This document shows, piece after piece, positions 54,579 through 64,000 of a stretch of 64,000 nt of DNA (the first letter of the stretch is position 1; each line of letters begins with the position of its first letter). The translations under genes were made by a program, and so were the position numbers. The stretch spans positions 3,584,001 to 3,648,000 of the forward strand of contig OY821641.1 in the NCBI GenBank assembly GCA_963555995.3. The letters run 5' to 3'. Under the pieces are notes generated by a model, which saw only the letters and a program-made list of their open reading frames with translations, made no database searches and had not been told where the DNA came from. Source of the DNA: Vicinamibacteria bacterium (GTDB lineage: Bacteria > Acidobacteriota > Vicinamibacteria > Marinacidobacterales > Marinacidobacteraceae).

Positions 54579-54875
54579 ATGGCGAAGCGATCGAGCATCG
54601 GTGTTTCCGTGACGCCACAGCAGGCCGATTTCCTGAACTCGCTCGTTCGGGGCGGCGAATACCAGTCGGTCAGCGAGGCCGTCCGTGCCGCCCTGCGACT
54701 GTTTCAGCACCGTCGCGCGGTGCTGCGGGCCGAGATCGAACGCGCGCGGGGAAAGATCGCGGCGGGCGTGGACGACTTGGACCAGGGCCGCTTCGTTGAG
54801 GGTGAGGTGTTCTTTCGGGAGTGGGACGCTGATCTCGACGAGCGTGAGGAGGCATCCCGGCTCCACACCCCGTGA
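54579..54875 (+). CDS. ParD-like (CC2985 family) antitoxin, orphan
   Basis: GAGGAGAGAGG RBS; VSVTPQQADFLNSLVRGGEYQSVSEAVRAALRL; no ParE downstream. Confidence 0.8.
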   Translation: MAKRSSIGVSVTPQQADFLNSLVRGGEYQSVSEAVRAALRLFQHRRAVLRAEIERARGKIAAGVDDLDQGRFVEGEVFFREWDADLDEREEASRLHTP

Positions 54876-54939
54876 ACCGGCGTGTCTTTTCGGAGGCGGC
54901 GAGCGCAGCCGGGCCCGCCCGGCGAACGAGGTTCGTCCC

Positions 54940-55068
54940 ACCGCCCGCCTGCGGCGGGCTGTGCCGGCTGAAGCCGGCGTTCCAAGCCGTACGCGCCATC
55001 GGGACATATGGCCCGACGCGCTCTGCGGGCCTGCGGCCCGCGTGCCGGTCGGAGACCGGCGTTCCAAG
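54940..55068. repeat. REP cluster
   Basis: GTGCCGGCTGAAGCCGGCGTTCCAAGC and GTGCCGGTCGGAGACCGGCGTTCCAAGC. Confidence 0.8.
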
Positions 55069-55080
55069 CCGTTTCTGCGG

Positions 55081-57111
55081 TCAGCGGTTGTCGCCGGCGC
55101 GGTAGAGGCGGCGGATTGCCTCCTCGAGCGGGCCCGGGAAGGTGGCGTCGCCGATCGCCTGGAGGGCGGCGAGTGCGCCCTCGCGGTCGCCTTGGGCTTC
55201 CGCCACCAGTGCGAGGTTGAAGCGGACCGCCGCCATGTCGAGCGGTGATCCGGGCTCGATCGCTGCGGCGGCGCGGGTGAGGGCCGCGTGCGCCGCCTCG
55301 ACTTCGCCGGCGGCGAACGCGGCCAGGCCTTCAGTCAGGGCGGTTACCTCGGCGGGCTCTGCGCCGCCGTCCACCCGGACCCGGTAGCTTGGCTCGCCGG
55401 CGTCGCTGCCGCCGGGAAGCTGGCTCCGGGATAGGACGATCGCTCCCTCACGGAACTCGGCCGCGCAGTCCTCGGCGAAGGGGCCGTCGGGTGGCCCCCA
55501 CGCGAGACAGGACTCCCCGTCCGTCCGCTCGCGGACGAACACCAGCCCCTCGTCGCGGGCGGTCACGCTCACCGCGCGTCCGGGAACGATTTCGAGCACG
55601 TCGAGTTCCCCCGGGTCTCCCGGCCGGACCACGGCCGACAGCACCAGCGCCGCCCCGGCCGCTCCCTCGTAGTCCCGCTGGATCACGAAGGACTCCCCGA
55701 TGGCCGCGACCCGCAGACGCCCGCCGGGGACGGCCCGCACCACGTCTCCGTCCAGCGCCTGCGCGGCCTGCAGGAGGCGCTCCCCGAAGCGGGGCGCGAT
55801 CCGCGCCAGCAGCGCGAGCCGGGCCGCATCCCCGGCCTCGATCCCGGAAGCCGTCCGGAGCAGGGACACCCCGCGCGCCGCCGGATCGCTCGCCGCCCGC
55901 AGGGTGGTGCGGACCGCGTTCAGCAGGCGGTCCTCGATGTCCCGCACCGGTTCGGCGCCGGCCGCGAGCCGCCGGAGGACCTGGGTCAAGGCCTCGGGGT
56001 CGTCGGGAACCTCCACCAGCGCCGCGGTGCTGCCCTCGACCGGGGAGTCGTCGAGGAACCGGAACAGCGCGGTCAGGTCGCGGCGGACCGAACCGCCGCC
56101 CAGCGGGATGCGCCAGACGGACAGCCCCGCCCGCGCCGCCAGCCAGAGGGTGCCGCCGGTGTCCGCGCCGGGACGGAATTCCACCGTGTCTCGCCGGACG
56201 ACGTGCCCGATGGGCCGCTCCCGGATCCGGGCCCGCGCCGCTGCCGACTGCGGCTCCGGCACGAAGAACCCGCCGCCCGTCAACCCGGCGATCCGGTTCA
56301 GGATGGCGAGGTCGGCGTCGGACACCGCCGCGATCACGTCCGCGGGCTGGCCCCGGAGGGCGGTCTGCAGCTCGTCCAGCACCTCGCCGCAGCGGGGACA
56401 GCCGTCCGCCGGGAAGTAGAGGACGAGCGGCCGGCCCTCCGCGAACGACCGCTCGCTCGACCAGACGCCGCCCTCGACGGCCAGCGACAGGCTCGGGAAG
56501 GTCCCGTCGTAGGGGGTCGTCCCCTCCGGCGGACGCCGCCGCGAGGTCTCGGGAGCCCGGAAACGGAACCGGTCGAGCGCCGCGGCGAGGCCGTTCTCGG
56601 TCCGGAAGGCGCCGGTTTCCCTGAGCAGCTCCAGCGCGTCCTCGTCCGATCCCCCGGACCGCGCCCACGAGCGAAGGAGCGCATCCACCCGCCCGGACAG
56701 CGGTATTCCCGGGAGGTCCGCCAGTCGGCGCCACGTCTCCGCCCGCGGATCCAGCGCGACCGCGCGCCGGTACTCCCGCGCCGCCCCGCCCGCGTCACCA
56801 ACCGCGGCCAGCGCATCCCCCAGCGTCACCCGGTACGCCGCGCGCCGCAGCCGGTACGCGGCATTCGCGGCCCCGGTGAACTCGTCCAGCACGATCCGGC
56901 CCTCGGGCACCTCCTGGCTCCAGTCGGTCGGCTCGAACTCGTCGGACCGGGTGATCGCGGCAAACGCGCTCTCCAGCGCCGCCTCCCCATCGCCGGCCCC
57001 CAGCAGCCGCCGCGCCTCCGCGTGCTCGGCGGACCCCGGCGGCTGCGCCCACGCGGCAGCAACCCCCGCCACCCACACCGCGACCAACGCCGCGCCGACC
57101 CGGCGGGTCAA
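55081..57111 (-). CDS. Exported hypothetical protein with TPR-like ends and central thioredoxin-like CxxC
   Basis: TTG overlaps the upstream TGA; signal peptide; GRPLVLYFPADGCPRC; AREYRRAVALDP. Confidence 0.65.
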   Translation of the reverse strand: MTRRVGAALVAVWVAGVAAAWAQPPGSAEHAEARRLLGAGDGEAALESAFAAITRSDEFEPTDWSQEVPEGRIVLDEFTGAANAAYRLRRAAYRVTLGDALAAVGDAGGAAREYRRAVALDPRAETWRRLADLPGIPLSGRVDALLRSWARSGGSDEDALELLRETGAFRTENGLAAALDRFRFRAPETSRRRPPEGTTPYDGTFPSLSLAVEGGVWSSERSFAEGRPLVLYFPADGCPRCGEVLDELQTALRGQPADVIAAVSDADLAILNRIAGLTGGGFFVPEPQSAAARARIRERPIGHVVRRDTVEFRPGADTGGTLWLAARAGLSVWRIPLGGGSVRRDLTALFRFLDDSPVEGSTAALVEVPDDPEALTQVLRRLAAGAEPVRDIEDRLLNAVRTTLRAASDPAARGVSLLRTASGIEAGDAARLALLARIAPRFGERLLQAAQALDGDVVRAVPGGRLRVAAIGESFVIQRDYEGAAGAALVLSAVVRPGDPGELDVLEIVPGRAVSVTARDEGLVFVRERTDGESCLAWGPPDGPFAEDCAAEFREGAIVLSRSQLPGGSDAGEPSYRVRVDGGAEPAEVTALTEGLAAFAAGEVEAAHAALTRAAAAIEPGSPLDMAAVRFNLALVAEAQGDREGALAALQAIGDATFPGPLEEAIRRLYRAGDNR

Positions 57112-58283
57112 CGGAGTCGCCGGAGCCGCTCGACCGCCTCCACGAGCGTTTCCCGGTTCTTGCAGAAGGTGAACCGGAGCCGCTGCCTGCCCGCCGCGGG
57201 ATCGGCGTAGAAGCTCGACCCCGGCACCGCGGCCACGCCCACCGTCTTCACGAGGTGCTCGGCGAAGGCCACGTCGTCCGGGAAGCCGAAGTCCGAGATG
57301 TCCGTCATCACGTAGTAGGCCCCGCCGGGCTCGAAGCAGCGGAACCCCACCTCGGTGAGCCCCGCGACCATGAGGTCGCGCCGCGCCTGGTACCTCTGCC
57401 GCAGGTCCTCGTAGTAGCTCTCCGGCAGCCGCAGGGCCGCCGCCCCCGCCTCCTGCAGCGGAGCCGCCGCGCCCACCGTCAGGAAGTCGTGCACCTTGCG
57501 GATCGCGGAGCTCAGGTCCTCGCTCGCGACCGTCCAGCCGACCCGCCAGCCGGTCACGGAATACGACTTGGACAACCCGCTGATGGTCACGGTGCGGTCC
57601 GCCATCCCGGGCAGCGTGGCGATCGGGATGTGCCGGGCGCCGCCGTAGGTGATGAACTCGTAGATCTCGTCGGTGAAGGCGATGAGGTCGTGCTCGATGC
57701 AAAGCGCCGCGATCCGCGACAGCTCTTCTTCGCCGAACACCTTGCCGCTCGGGTTCTGCGGGCTGTTCACGATGATCGCCCGGGTGCGTTCGTTGACGGC
57801 GGCCCGCAGTTCGTCCTCGTCGAAGGTCCAGTCCGGCTCGTGGAGGCGGACGTAGCGGGGCACCGCGCCCGAGAGGATGGTGTCCGGCCCGTAGTTCTCG
57901 TAGAACGGCTCGAAGACGATGACCTCCTCGCCCGGGTCCACCACCGCCAGCATCGTGGCGATCATGGCCTCGGTCGAGCCGCAGGCCACCGTGAAGTTCC
58001 GCTCGGCGTCCACGTCCATGCCGTAGAGCGCCCGGTAGCGCTCGGCGAGCGCGTCGCGCAGCGACTTCGCGCCCCAGGTGATCGCGTACTGGTTGATGTC
58101 CCGGCGGATGGCCTCCACGGCGGCCTCCTTGATCTCGGCGGGCGCCGGGAAGTCCGGGAACCCCTGGGCGAGGTTCACGCCGCCGTACTGCATCGAGAGA
58201 CGGGTCATCTCGCGGATCACCGACTCGGTGAACCGGGCGGCCTTCCGGCTGCCGCGGCGCCGCGCGGCCAGGGTCTCGCTCAC
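57108..58283 (-). CDS. Class I/II PLP-dependent aminotransferase (methionine/kynurenine aminotransferase-like)
   Basis: GTGA overlap; NLAQGFPDF, NSPQNPSGK, DEIYE, SGLSKSYSVTGWRVG. Confidence 0.92.
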   Translation of the reverse strand: MSETLAARRRGSRKAARFTESVIREMTRLSMQYGGVNLAQGFPDFPAPAEIKEAAVEAIRRDINQYAITWGAKSLRDALAERYRALYGMDVDAERNFTVACGSTEAMIATMLAVVDPGEEVIVFEPFYENYGPDTILSGAVPRYVRLHEPDWTFDEDELRAAVNERTRAIIVNSPQNPSGKVFGEEELSRIAALCIEHDLIAFTDEIYEFITYGGARHIPIATLPGMADRTVTISGLSKSYSVTGWRVGWTVASEDLSSAIRKVHDFLTVGAAAPLQEAGAAALRLPESYYEDLRQRYQARRDLMVAGLTEVGFRCFEPGGAYYVMTDISDFGFPDDVAFAEHLVKTVGVAAVPGSSFYADPAAGRQRLRFTFCKNRETLVEAVERLRRLR

Positions 58284-60547
58284 TGGCTTGCCTTCGCTTT
58301 CGTCTTGCCGAGCTCGGGGTAGAGGCGGCGGTAGATCTTCTCGTTCCGCATGATGAGCTTCACGTAGGTGCGCGTCTCCGTGAACGGGATCTCCTCGATG
58401 AACACCTCGGCGGGGATCGTCATGTTCATGTCGGTCCAGTCCCGCACCCGGTGCGGGCCGGCGTTGTAGCCGGCGAGCGCCATCTCCGGGCGGCTCGCGA
58501 ACCGGTCGAGGAGCTGCCGCAGGTAGCGCGTCCCGAAGCGGATGCTCACGCCGGGATCGTAGAGCCGCGAGGTCCGGTAGCTGACCCCTTCGAGCCGGGC
58601 GAGCGCCCGGCCGGTCGCCGGCATGACCTGCATCAGCCCGCGCGCCCCCACCGGCGAACGGGTGCGGGGGACGAACACCGACTCCTGCCGGATGAGCGAC
58701 GCGACCCAGTAGGGGTCGAGGTCCCACTGGCCGGAGCGCTCCAGGATCCGCTCCTCGAAGCGCAGCGGATAGAGGATGCGCCAGAAGGCGTCCGGCAGGG
58801 CCTCCCCGGCGGCGGAGGTGTGGAACGGCGCGGCGCGCCGGAGCGCCTGGATGGACTGGACGGCCAGGTTGCCGTCGGCGAGCAGCCAGGCGCGGATCGC
58901 CTCGAACGCCGGGTCGTCGGGCAGCCCGCGCCGGGCGGCGGCCAGCGCCGCGTCCCGGGCGCGCTCGCCGTACCCGGCGGCGTAGAGCTCCTCGATCCGC
59001 GCCGCCTCCGCCGCGCGCCGGACCCGGAACCGCTCGAGGAGCCGGTGGGGCTCGCTCAGCGGGTTGGCGAGGTCCTCCTGCCGGCCCAGCGCCTCGAGCC
59101 GCTCCGCGGCCATCCTCCCGTAGTACGAGTTCTGGTAGCCGACGAAGACCTCCCGGTAGAGCTCCGCCGCGCCGTCCGGGTCCCCCGTCCGCTCCCGCGA
59201 ACGCCCGGCGTAGTAGAGGAACTGGCCGGCCATGAAGTCGCCGGGGTTCTCCCGCGCCGCGCGCTCGAACTCCTCGGCCGTCCCGTCGAGATCCCCGTTG
59301 CGGTACCGGTCCCACAGGACGTGCCAGCGGGCGAAGGGGCCGTGCTGGCCGGTCGGATACGCCTCGGCCAGCCGGGCGAGGAACGGCAGGGCGGCCACGC
59401 GGTCGTTCTGCGCCAACTGCGCCCGGGCCATGCTGTAGAGCGCCCGCTCCCCGAACGGGTGTTCCTGTTCCAGCGCGAGCAGCTCCTCGAGCACCCGCTG
59501 CTGGGTAGTCCGCCGTTCCAGCCGGCGCAGCGACTCGCCGCGGTAGTAGAGAGCTTCCGGCAGGAGGTCCGGACGCCGGATGCGCGCCAGCGTCCGCAGC
59601 GAGGCGCTCAGCCGCCGCCGGTGGTGCTCCGCCACCCCGATGCGCAGCCGCACCAGTTCGGTATCGGCCGCCGCGGCGAACCGCCGCGCGACCTCCAGGT
59701 AGTTCTCATGCGCCTTCCGGTGGTTCCCGGCCCGCGCGAACCCCGCCGCCCGCCGCATCGCCCGCGGATACTTCTCGGCGGCCGACGGGTTCCTGACGTC
59801 CCGCCGCTTGTACAGCGTCGAGAGCTGCCGCCCCGCGGGAAGCGACTCCCCGTGGGTCGGCATGTCGTAGTACAGGACCTCCAGCGTCCGCGCGGCGTCC
59901 TCGCGCCGCCCGAGCCGTTCGAGCGCCGCAGCCTTCGCGGCCAACGCCTCACCCCGCAGCGTGAACCCGCCGTCGGCGATGGCGGCGTCCAGATGGCTCA
60001 GCGCCTCCTCCCGTTCCCCAGCCCGCGCCAGCCGCCGCCCCAGATCGAACCGAAGCCGGTCCCGCTCCCCGTACTCCGGAAACTCATCCAGCACCCGCCT
60101 CAGCAACGCGATCCCATCCCTCCGCCGCACCCCCGGCAAACTCCTCCCCAGCAGATGCAGCGCATCCGCCGTCAGCTCGCTGTCCGCCAGCTCCGGCGCG
60201 GTAAGCCGCTCCTCCGCCTCCGTCCACCGCCCCCGCCGCAACGCATCACCACCCAACCGGTACGAAGCCGCGCCCCGAGCCCGCCCCGGCAACGCGGCGT
60301 CATCAGCAATCGCTTCCAGCGCCTTCTGCCGGTCCACCCGCGACTCGATCATCGCCGCCCGCCGCACCGCCGCCAGCCCGTCCGGCAGTTCCTCCAGCGC
60401 CTCCCACGGAATCCCGGAGAACTCTTCGGACGTTTCCCCGGCCACCCCGAGCGGAACCGCCAGAAAAAACACGAAGGCCCCGACGGCGATGGTCGGAGCG
60501 CCGGCCTCCGGCCGGCATCGCGCGCGCAGCGCGCGAAACGCACGCAA
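58280..60547 (-). CDS. Soluble lytic murein transglycosylase (Slt70-like) with TPRs
   Basis: IRQES, GARGLMQVMP, AGYNAG, FIEEIPFTETRTYVK; start uncertain (TTG 60547 chosen because it precedes the hydrophobic signal). Confidence 0.88.
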   Translation of the reverse strand: MRAFRALRARCRPEAGAPTIAVGAFVFFLAVPLGVAGETSEEFSGIPWEALEELPDGLAAVRRAAMIESRVDRQKALEAIADDAALPGRARGAASYRLGGDALRRGRWTEAEERLTAPELADSELTADALHLLGRSLPGVRRRDGIALLRRVLDEFPEYGERDRLRFDLGRRLARAGEREEALSHLDAAIADGGFTLRGEALAAKAAALERLGRREDAARTLEVLYYDMPTHGESLPAGRQLSTLYKRRDVRNPSAAEKYPRAMRRAAGFARAGNHRKAHENYLEVARRFAAAADTELVRLRIGVAEHHRRRLSASLRTLARIRRPDLLPEALYYRGESLRRLERRTTQQRVLEELLALEQEHPFGERALYSMARAQLAQNDRVAALPFLARLAEAYPTGQHGPFARWHVLWDRYRNGDLDGTAEEFERAARENPGDFMAGQFLYYAGRSRERTGDPDGAAELYREVFVGYQNSYYGRMAAERLEALGRQEDLANPLSEPHRLLERFRVRRAAEAARIEELYAAGYGERARDAALAAARRGLPDDPAFEAIRAWLLADGNLAVQSIQALRRAAPFHTSAAGEALPDAFWRILYPLRFEERILERSGQWDLDPYWVASLIRQESVFVPRTRSPVGARGLMQVMPATGRALARLEGVSYRTSRLYDPGVSIRFGTRYLRQLLDRFASRPEMALAGYNAGPHRVRDWTDMNMTIPAEVFIEEIPFTETRTYVKLIMRNEKIYRRLYPELGKTKAKASQ

Positions 60548-61060
60548 CGCCGTCGTGCGGAGTCGCGCCGCCGGCTGGGACCGCCGGTCTTCAGACCGGC
60601 ACAGCCCGCCGGAGGCGGGCGGAGTCGCGTACGGCCGCTCGCCCAGATCGCGCGAACGCAAGAACCACCAACCTCCCGATCGGCGGGATGTCGCTGCCGG
60701 CTTGGAACGCCGGTCTCCAGACCGGCACGCGCGGCGCTCCGCGCCGCGCACGTCGTGACCCCACCCGGAAACAGGTAGCTCCAGCCTCGGCGCCGACTCG
60801 CCCAGCAGAGATGGCGCCCCCGGCTCGGAACGTCCGGCCTCCGTGATGGCGTGCCGGCTGGGACCGCCGGTCTTCAGACCGGCACGCGGGCCGCAGGCCT
60901 GCAAATCGCGTCTCGCTCCTCCCCCGCATGGCGCCCCCGGCTTGGAACGCCGGTCTCCAGACCGGCACGCGCGGCGCTCCGCGCCGCGCACGTCGTGACC
61001 CCGCTCGGAAACAGGCGACTCCAGCCTCGGCGTGGAGCCGACCAGCGAAGACGGCGCCCC
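60495..61060. repeat. Large REP cluster with 240-bp-period duplication
   Basis: CTTGGAACGCCGGTCTCCAGACCGGCACGCGCGGCGCTCCGCGCCGCGCACGTCGTGACCC at 60701 and 60941; further REPs near 60495, 60577 and 60860. Confidence 0.85.
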
Positions 61061-61235
61061 CGCCTCGCAGCTCCGGCCCCCAGCCGGCATCGCGCGACAG
61101 CGCGAAACCCGCCCTGATGGCACCCCATTCCTCACAACCAGCGGCCCACGCACGAGACGCCCCTCCCAAGCGTCACCCCCACCAAGGGACCGTTCCAGCC
61201 GGGGTAGATCGCCGGTCGTGACGTCATTCACAGGC

Positions 61236-61244
61236 TGCTACAAT
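61236..61244 (+). promoter_or_regulatory. Extended -10 element, probable ssrA promoter
   Basis: TGCTACAAT (TGnTAnnnT) about 100 nt upstream of the mature tmRNA 5' end. Confidence 0.5.
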
Positions 61245-61346
61245 CCTAGCCGATTCGCGACGCGGTCCTGGGTGCGGGGCAACTGTCCCCACCGGGATCC
61301 GGGGCCGGTTTTCGGCCTCGGAATTGCCGCCTGACTCGCGCGAGGA

Positions 61347-61717
61347 GGGGGCGTACTGGGTTCGACGAAGGTACATGAAGCAACGACTGCATGTCGGGGG
61401 TCCATCTCCCGTAAACGGTGGAAAACCAACAAACGCCAACACTGATCTGGCACTGGCTGCTTAAGCCACGTCCTTCCTGACCACGCCTGCCGGGCGGGAA
61501 AGGACGTCGACCAGGCGGGCTTGGCCGGCGGTCCTCCCGAGCCGCCGGTGAGACTCAGGGATAGGTCCTACGGCGCGATTCGCCGGGTTGATGCGCCGCG
61601 GGGCCGAAACAGGGAAAGGCGCCTCCGGGCGCGGGTTCCCGCCACAACCCGGATATGCATGTAGACGTCGTTGTCGAAGGCTTTCGGACGCGGGTTCGAT
61701 TCCCGCCGCCTCCACCA
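61347..61717 (+). ncRNA. ssrA: tmRNA; encoded tag ANTDLALAA
   Basis: 5' GGGGGCG pairs with 3' CGCCTCC-ACCA with a G3:U wobble; T-arm GCGGGTTCGATTCCCGC; tag frame GCC AAC ACT GAT CTG GCA CTG GCT GCT TAA at 61435-61464. Confidence 0.96.
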
Positions 61718-64000
61718 TGAAGCTGGCTTCCTTGGCGCACCCGGAGAGTGTTCCGTGGAATCCCCAATCAATCATCAAACCACTCTAAAGTCATGAAGAT
61801 CTCTCAGCTGACCGTAGAAAACATCCGCGGGATCAATCTCGCTGTCCTAGATAATCTCGGCGACGTAGTTGCCATAGCTGGCGCAAACGGCTGTGGCAAA
61901 AGCTGTCTACTTGACTGTGTACGGCTGTTCAAAAGCCAGTATGGCTCCTACTACGCGAATGAGCAGCAGATGTGGTGGCAGGAAAAAAGTCTGAATATCG
62001 ACGATCGCGCCAGCGCCATTCAGGTTCTCCGCCAAAAAAATCGAAATGGTCGCATACTCGCGGCTGTCAGACTTGAGGAGAAGGAGAAGGACTTCATTCG
62101 CGCCGATAGCCAACGTCTTACGGAACGTCTAGCACTACTGGAGCTATTTCCCGGTTTGCGGCCACAGTACGCAGAAGGTCTTTGGAACTGGAGGAGTGTC
62201 CCCGAGCTAGTTCGCTACGAACGCGAAGTCACAGAGCACACACGGGACATGCAAGCCGATATTCGTAGCGAACTGGAACGGCAAGAGATACAAGGTGAGG
62301 TCACGATCCGCCGCAACGGGACACTCAGTATCCGGCCAAATCGAGCCCTCACGTACATCTTTACGACTTTTGAGCCGGATCACTTGGGCGTCATAGATTT
62401 CCACGCAGCCGACCGAAGCTACACCTACGAGCAGGTGAGCAATGTCAACATTCGCTTTTCTCAAAAGGACGATCAATGGAAGAACTCCGCGATGTATAAC
62501 CTCGCCCAAAAGTACAGTAACGTGAAGTCCGCACTAGCGACTGAGAGTATCCGGAATCTGATCGCCGAGAAAGCCGGCGGTCGAGAGGAAGCCGAGGCTC
62601 AACTTACCTCCACTTTACGCAGCATATTCGGCGAACTCATTCCGGGAAAACGATTCGACGGCCCCACGCCGACTGCTGCGGGAGAGCTGGAGTTTCCTGT
62701 GCACACTGCCGGGACCAGCCACGACCTCAACGACCTGTCCTCTGGGGAGAAGGAGGTGGTTTTTGGCTACCTTCGTACACGCGCAAGGGCGGCCCGTAAC
62801 AGCGTGATTATTGTTGACGAACCTGAACTGCATCTGAATCCCGCCATGATTCGCGGGCTACCGACGCTCTATCAAAAACACATAGGGAGTGCACTTAACA
62901 ACCAGATCTGGCTGGTAACACATTCCGACGTGTTTCTTCGGACCGCCTTCTATGATTCGGACATGGAATTATTTCATATGGCAGTTGGAGTGAGAGAGCC
63001 AGGGACTAACCAGATCACTCGAATATCACAACAATCAGAATTCGACCGCGTATGCATTGAGCTGATCGGAGACATCGCAAACTATCGTCCGGATCAACCA
63101 GTGCTCATTGTCGAAGGGCAGCAACAGTTCGATGTCCTTGTTCTGCGCCGCTTGTTTGCAGAGATGCTTAAGGGTGTGAACGTACTCGAAGCTGGAGGCA
63201 AAGCGCAGGTGCTGCAGAGACAGACATCGCTACGTGACTCTGTGAAAAAATCCGGGCAGTCGAAAACAATTCTCAGCATTACCGACTCCGATGGAGATCG
63301 AAAGAGTGATGAACGCAAAGGTCAATACCAGTGGGCCGCCTACCACATAGAGAACTACCTTATCGAACCGAAGTACATCGGTTTGGCTATGGATTCGATT
63401 GCGGCCAACGCGCCGGGAACTACCGCGATCCCGTACGTAAGAGAACTCGTGCGCACCAGCAAGGACCAGGCGGCTCTGGAAATAAGTCGTCGTAATCTCC
63501 TGAAGCGGATCAAGAGTCGCGTCAACCGAAATTTGCGGCTGGATCCGGGTCGCGCCGATCAAGAGCTCTCCGCGACTGAGCTCCGGGGCCAGCTTGAGTC
63601 GTGCAGGGATGCGATCAATGCAGAATTTTCTAGGACAATGGAGGGCGATAGACTAGAAGATGAACTGCGGAAACAACGACAGGAGACGACGAATTTGCAG
63701 GAGCAGGACACTACGCCCGACACATTGCCCGGTCGTGAGGTGTTGAGAAAGATCGCTGAACGTGCGATACCGAATGGCAACTACGAGACGCTGCGTAATG
63801 CAATCCTCAACGAAATGGCGCGGGATGGGTTTCAACCGCCAGGAATGAGAGTTGTCTTACAGCGTTGTCTTTCGTCGGCTATGGCCACCTAGCAGGCTGT
63901 GCTGAAACTCCGCTGGGCGGAATGAGTGCGCTGGCGGGGCTTTGTAGAATTCTCGCATGGCTATGGAACGTCGGACGACGCGGCAGCAAGGGTTGTGGAT
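61718..64000. mobile_element. Probable left part of a genomic island integrated at the ssrA 3' end
   Basis: Abrupt fall in GC and in GC-ending codons right after the tmRNA CCA; no REPs; defence-type cargo; no integrase or second att site seen in the window. Confidence 0.55.
61793..63892 (+). CDS. ABC-ATPase plus TOPRIM nuclease (OLD/YbjD-like), probable defence protein
   Basis: Walker A GANGCGKS, signature LSSGEKE, Walker B IIVDEPELHL, H-loop VTHS, TOPRIM VEG...D, TDSD, HIENYL. Confidence 0.85.
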   Translation: MKISQLTVENIRGINLAVLDNLGDVVAIAGANGCGKSCLLDCVRLFKSQYGSYYANEQQMWWQEKSLNIDDRASAIQVLRQKNRNGRILAAVRLEEKEKDFIRADSQRLTERLALLELFPGLRPQYAEGLWNWRSVPELVRYEREVTEHTRDMQADIRSELERQEIQGEVTIRRNGTLSIRPNRALTYIFTTFEPDHLGVIDFHAADRSYTYEQVSNVNIRFSQKDDQWKNSAMYNLAQKYSNVKSALATESIRNLIAEKAGGREEAEAQLTSTLRSIFGELIPGKRFDGPTPTAAGELEFPVHTAGTSHDLNDLSSGEKEVVFGYLRTRARAARNSVIIVDEPELHLNPAMIRGLPTLYQKHIGSALNNQIWLVTHSDVFLRTAFYDSDMELFHMAVGVREPGTNQITRISQQSEFDRVCIELIGDIANYRPDQPVLIVEGQQQFDVLVLRRLFAEMLKGVNVLEAGGKAQVLQRQTSLRDSVKKSGQSKTILSITDSDGDRKSDERKGQYQWAAYHIENYLIEPKYIGLAMDSIAANAPGTTAIPYVRELVRTSKDQAALEISRRNLLKRIKSRVNRNLRLDPGRADQELSATELRGQLESCRDAINAEFSRTMEGDRLEDELRKQRQETTNLQEQDTTPDTLPGREVLRKIAERAIPNGNYETLRNAILNEMARDGFQPPGMRVVLQRCLSSAMAT

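Noticed and set aside
61687-61717. tRNA gene at the GGTTCGATTCCC...CCA motif
   Set aside because: No anticodon arm; it is the 3' tRNA-like domain of the tmRNA
1-64000. Autonomous transposase, RAYT or integrase
   Set aside because: No HUH-Y1, DDE, or tyrosine/serine recombinase motifs were recognised in any credible ORF

Overview
A 64 kb window from a very GC-rich diderm bacterium. The Oar-type TonB receptor, the VWA/TPR gene pair and the tmRNA tag suggest Acidobacteriota, possibly host-associated, but this is inference only. The backbone encodes metabolic and envelope functions: many exported amidohydrolases and oxidases, a BCCT transporter, a three-subunit Sdh1-type succinate dehydrogenase, three TonB-dependent receptors, a multicopper oxidase and an Slt-type transglycosylase. 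Between these genes lie small defence and toxin-antitoxin modules: an MTase-REase pair between two paralogous flavo-oxidases, a WYL regulator, a decayed RelE, a HEPN pair, AbrB-VapC, a HipA-like kinase with a HIRAN protein, a small protein with a retropepsin, an RHH antitoxin with a PIN-DUF4268 fusion, and an orphan ParD. A dense family of REP/REPIN-like palindromic repeats with compensatory stem changes runs through the window and enters some reading frames. The best leads are (1) a CxxC/RAPP upstream ORF in front of a His-rich TonB receptor, probably a metal-sensing ribosome-arrest peptide, (2) the PIN-DUF4268 and retropepsin modules, (3) the REPIN family and its association with accessory cassettes, and (4) a lower-GC OLD-type ATPase-TOPRIM gene directly after ssrA (tmRNA), probably the start of an integrated island. 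All family calls come from motif recognition by eye; no database search was run. Many start codons were moved downstream of the ORF-track starts and remain provisional.
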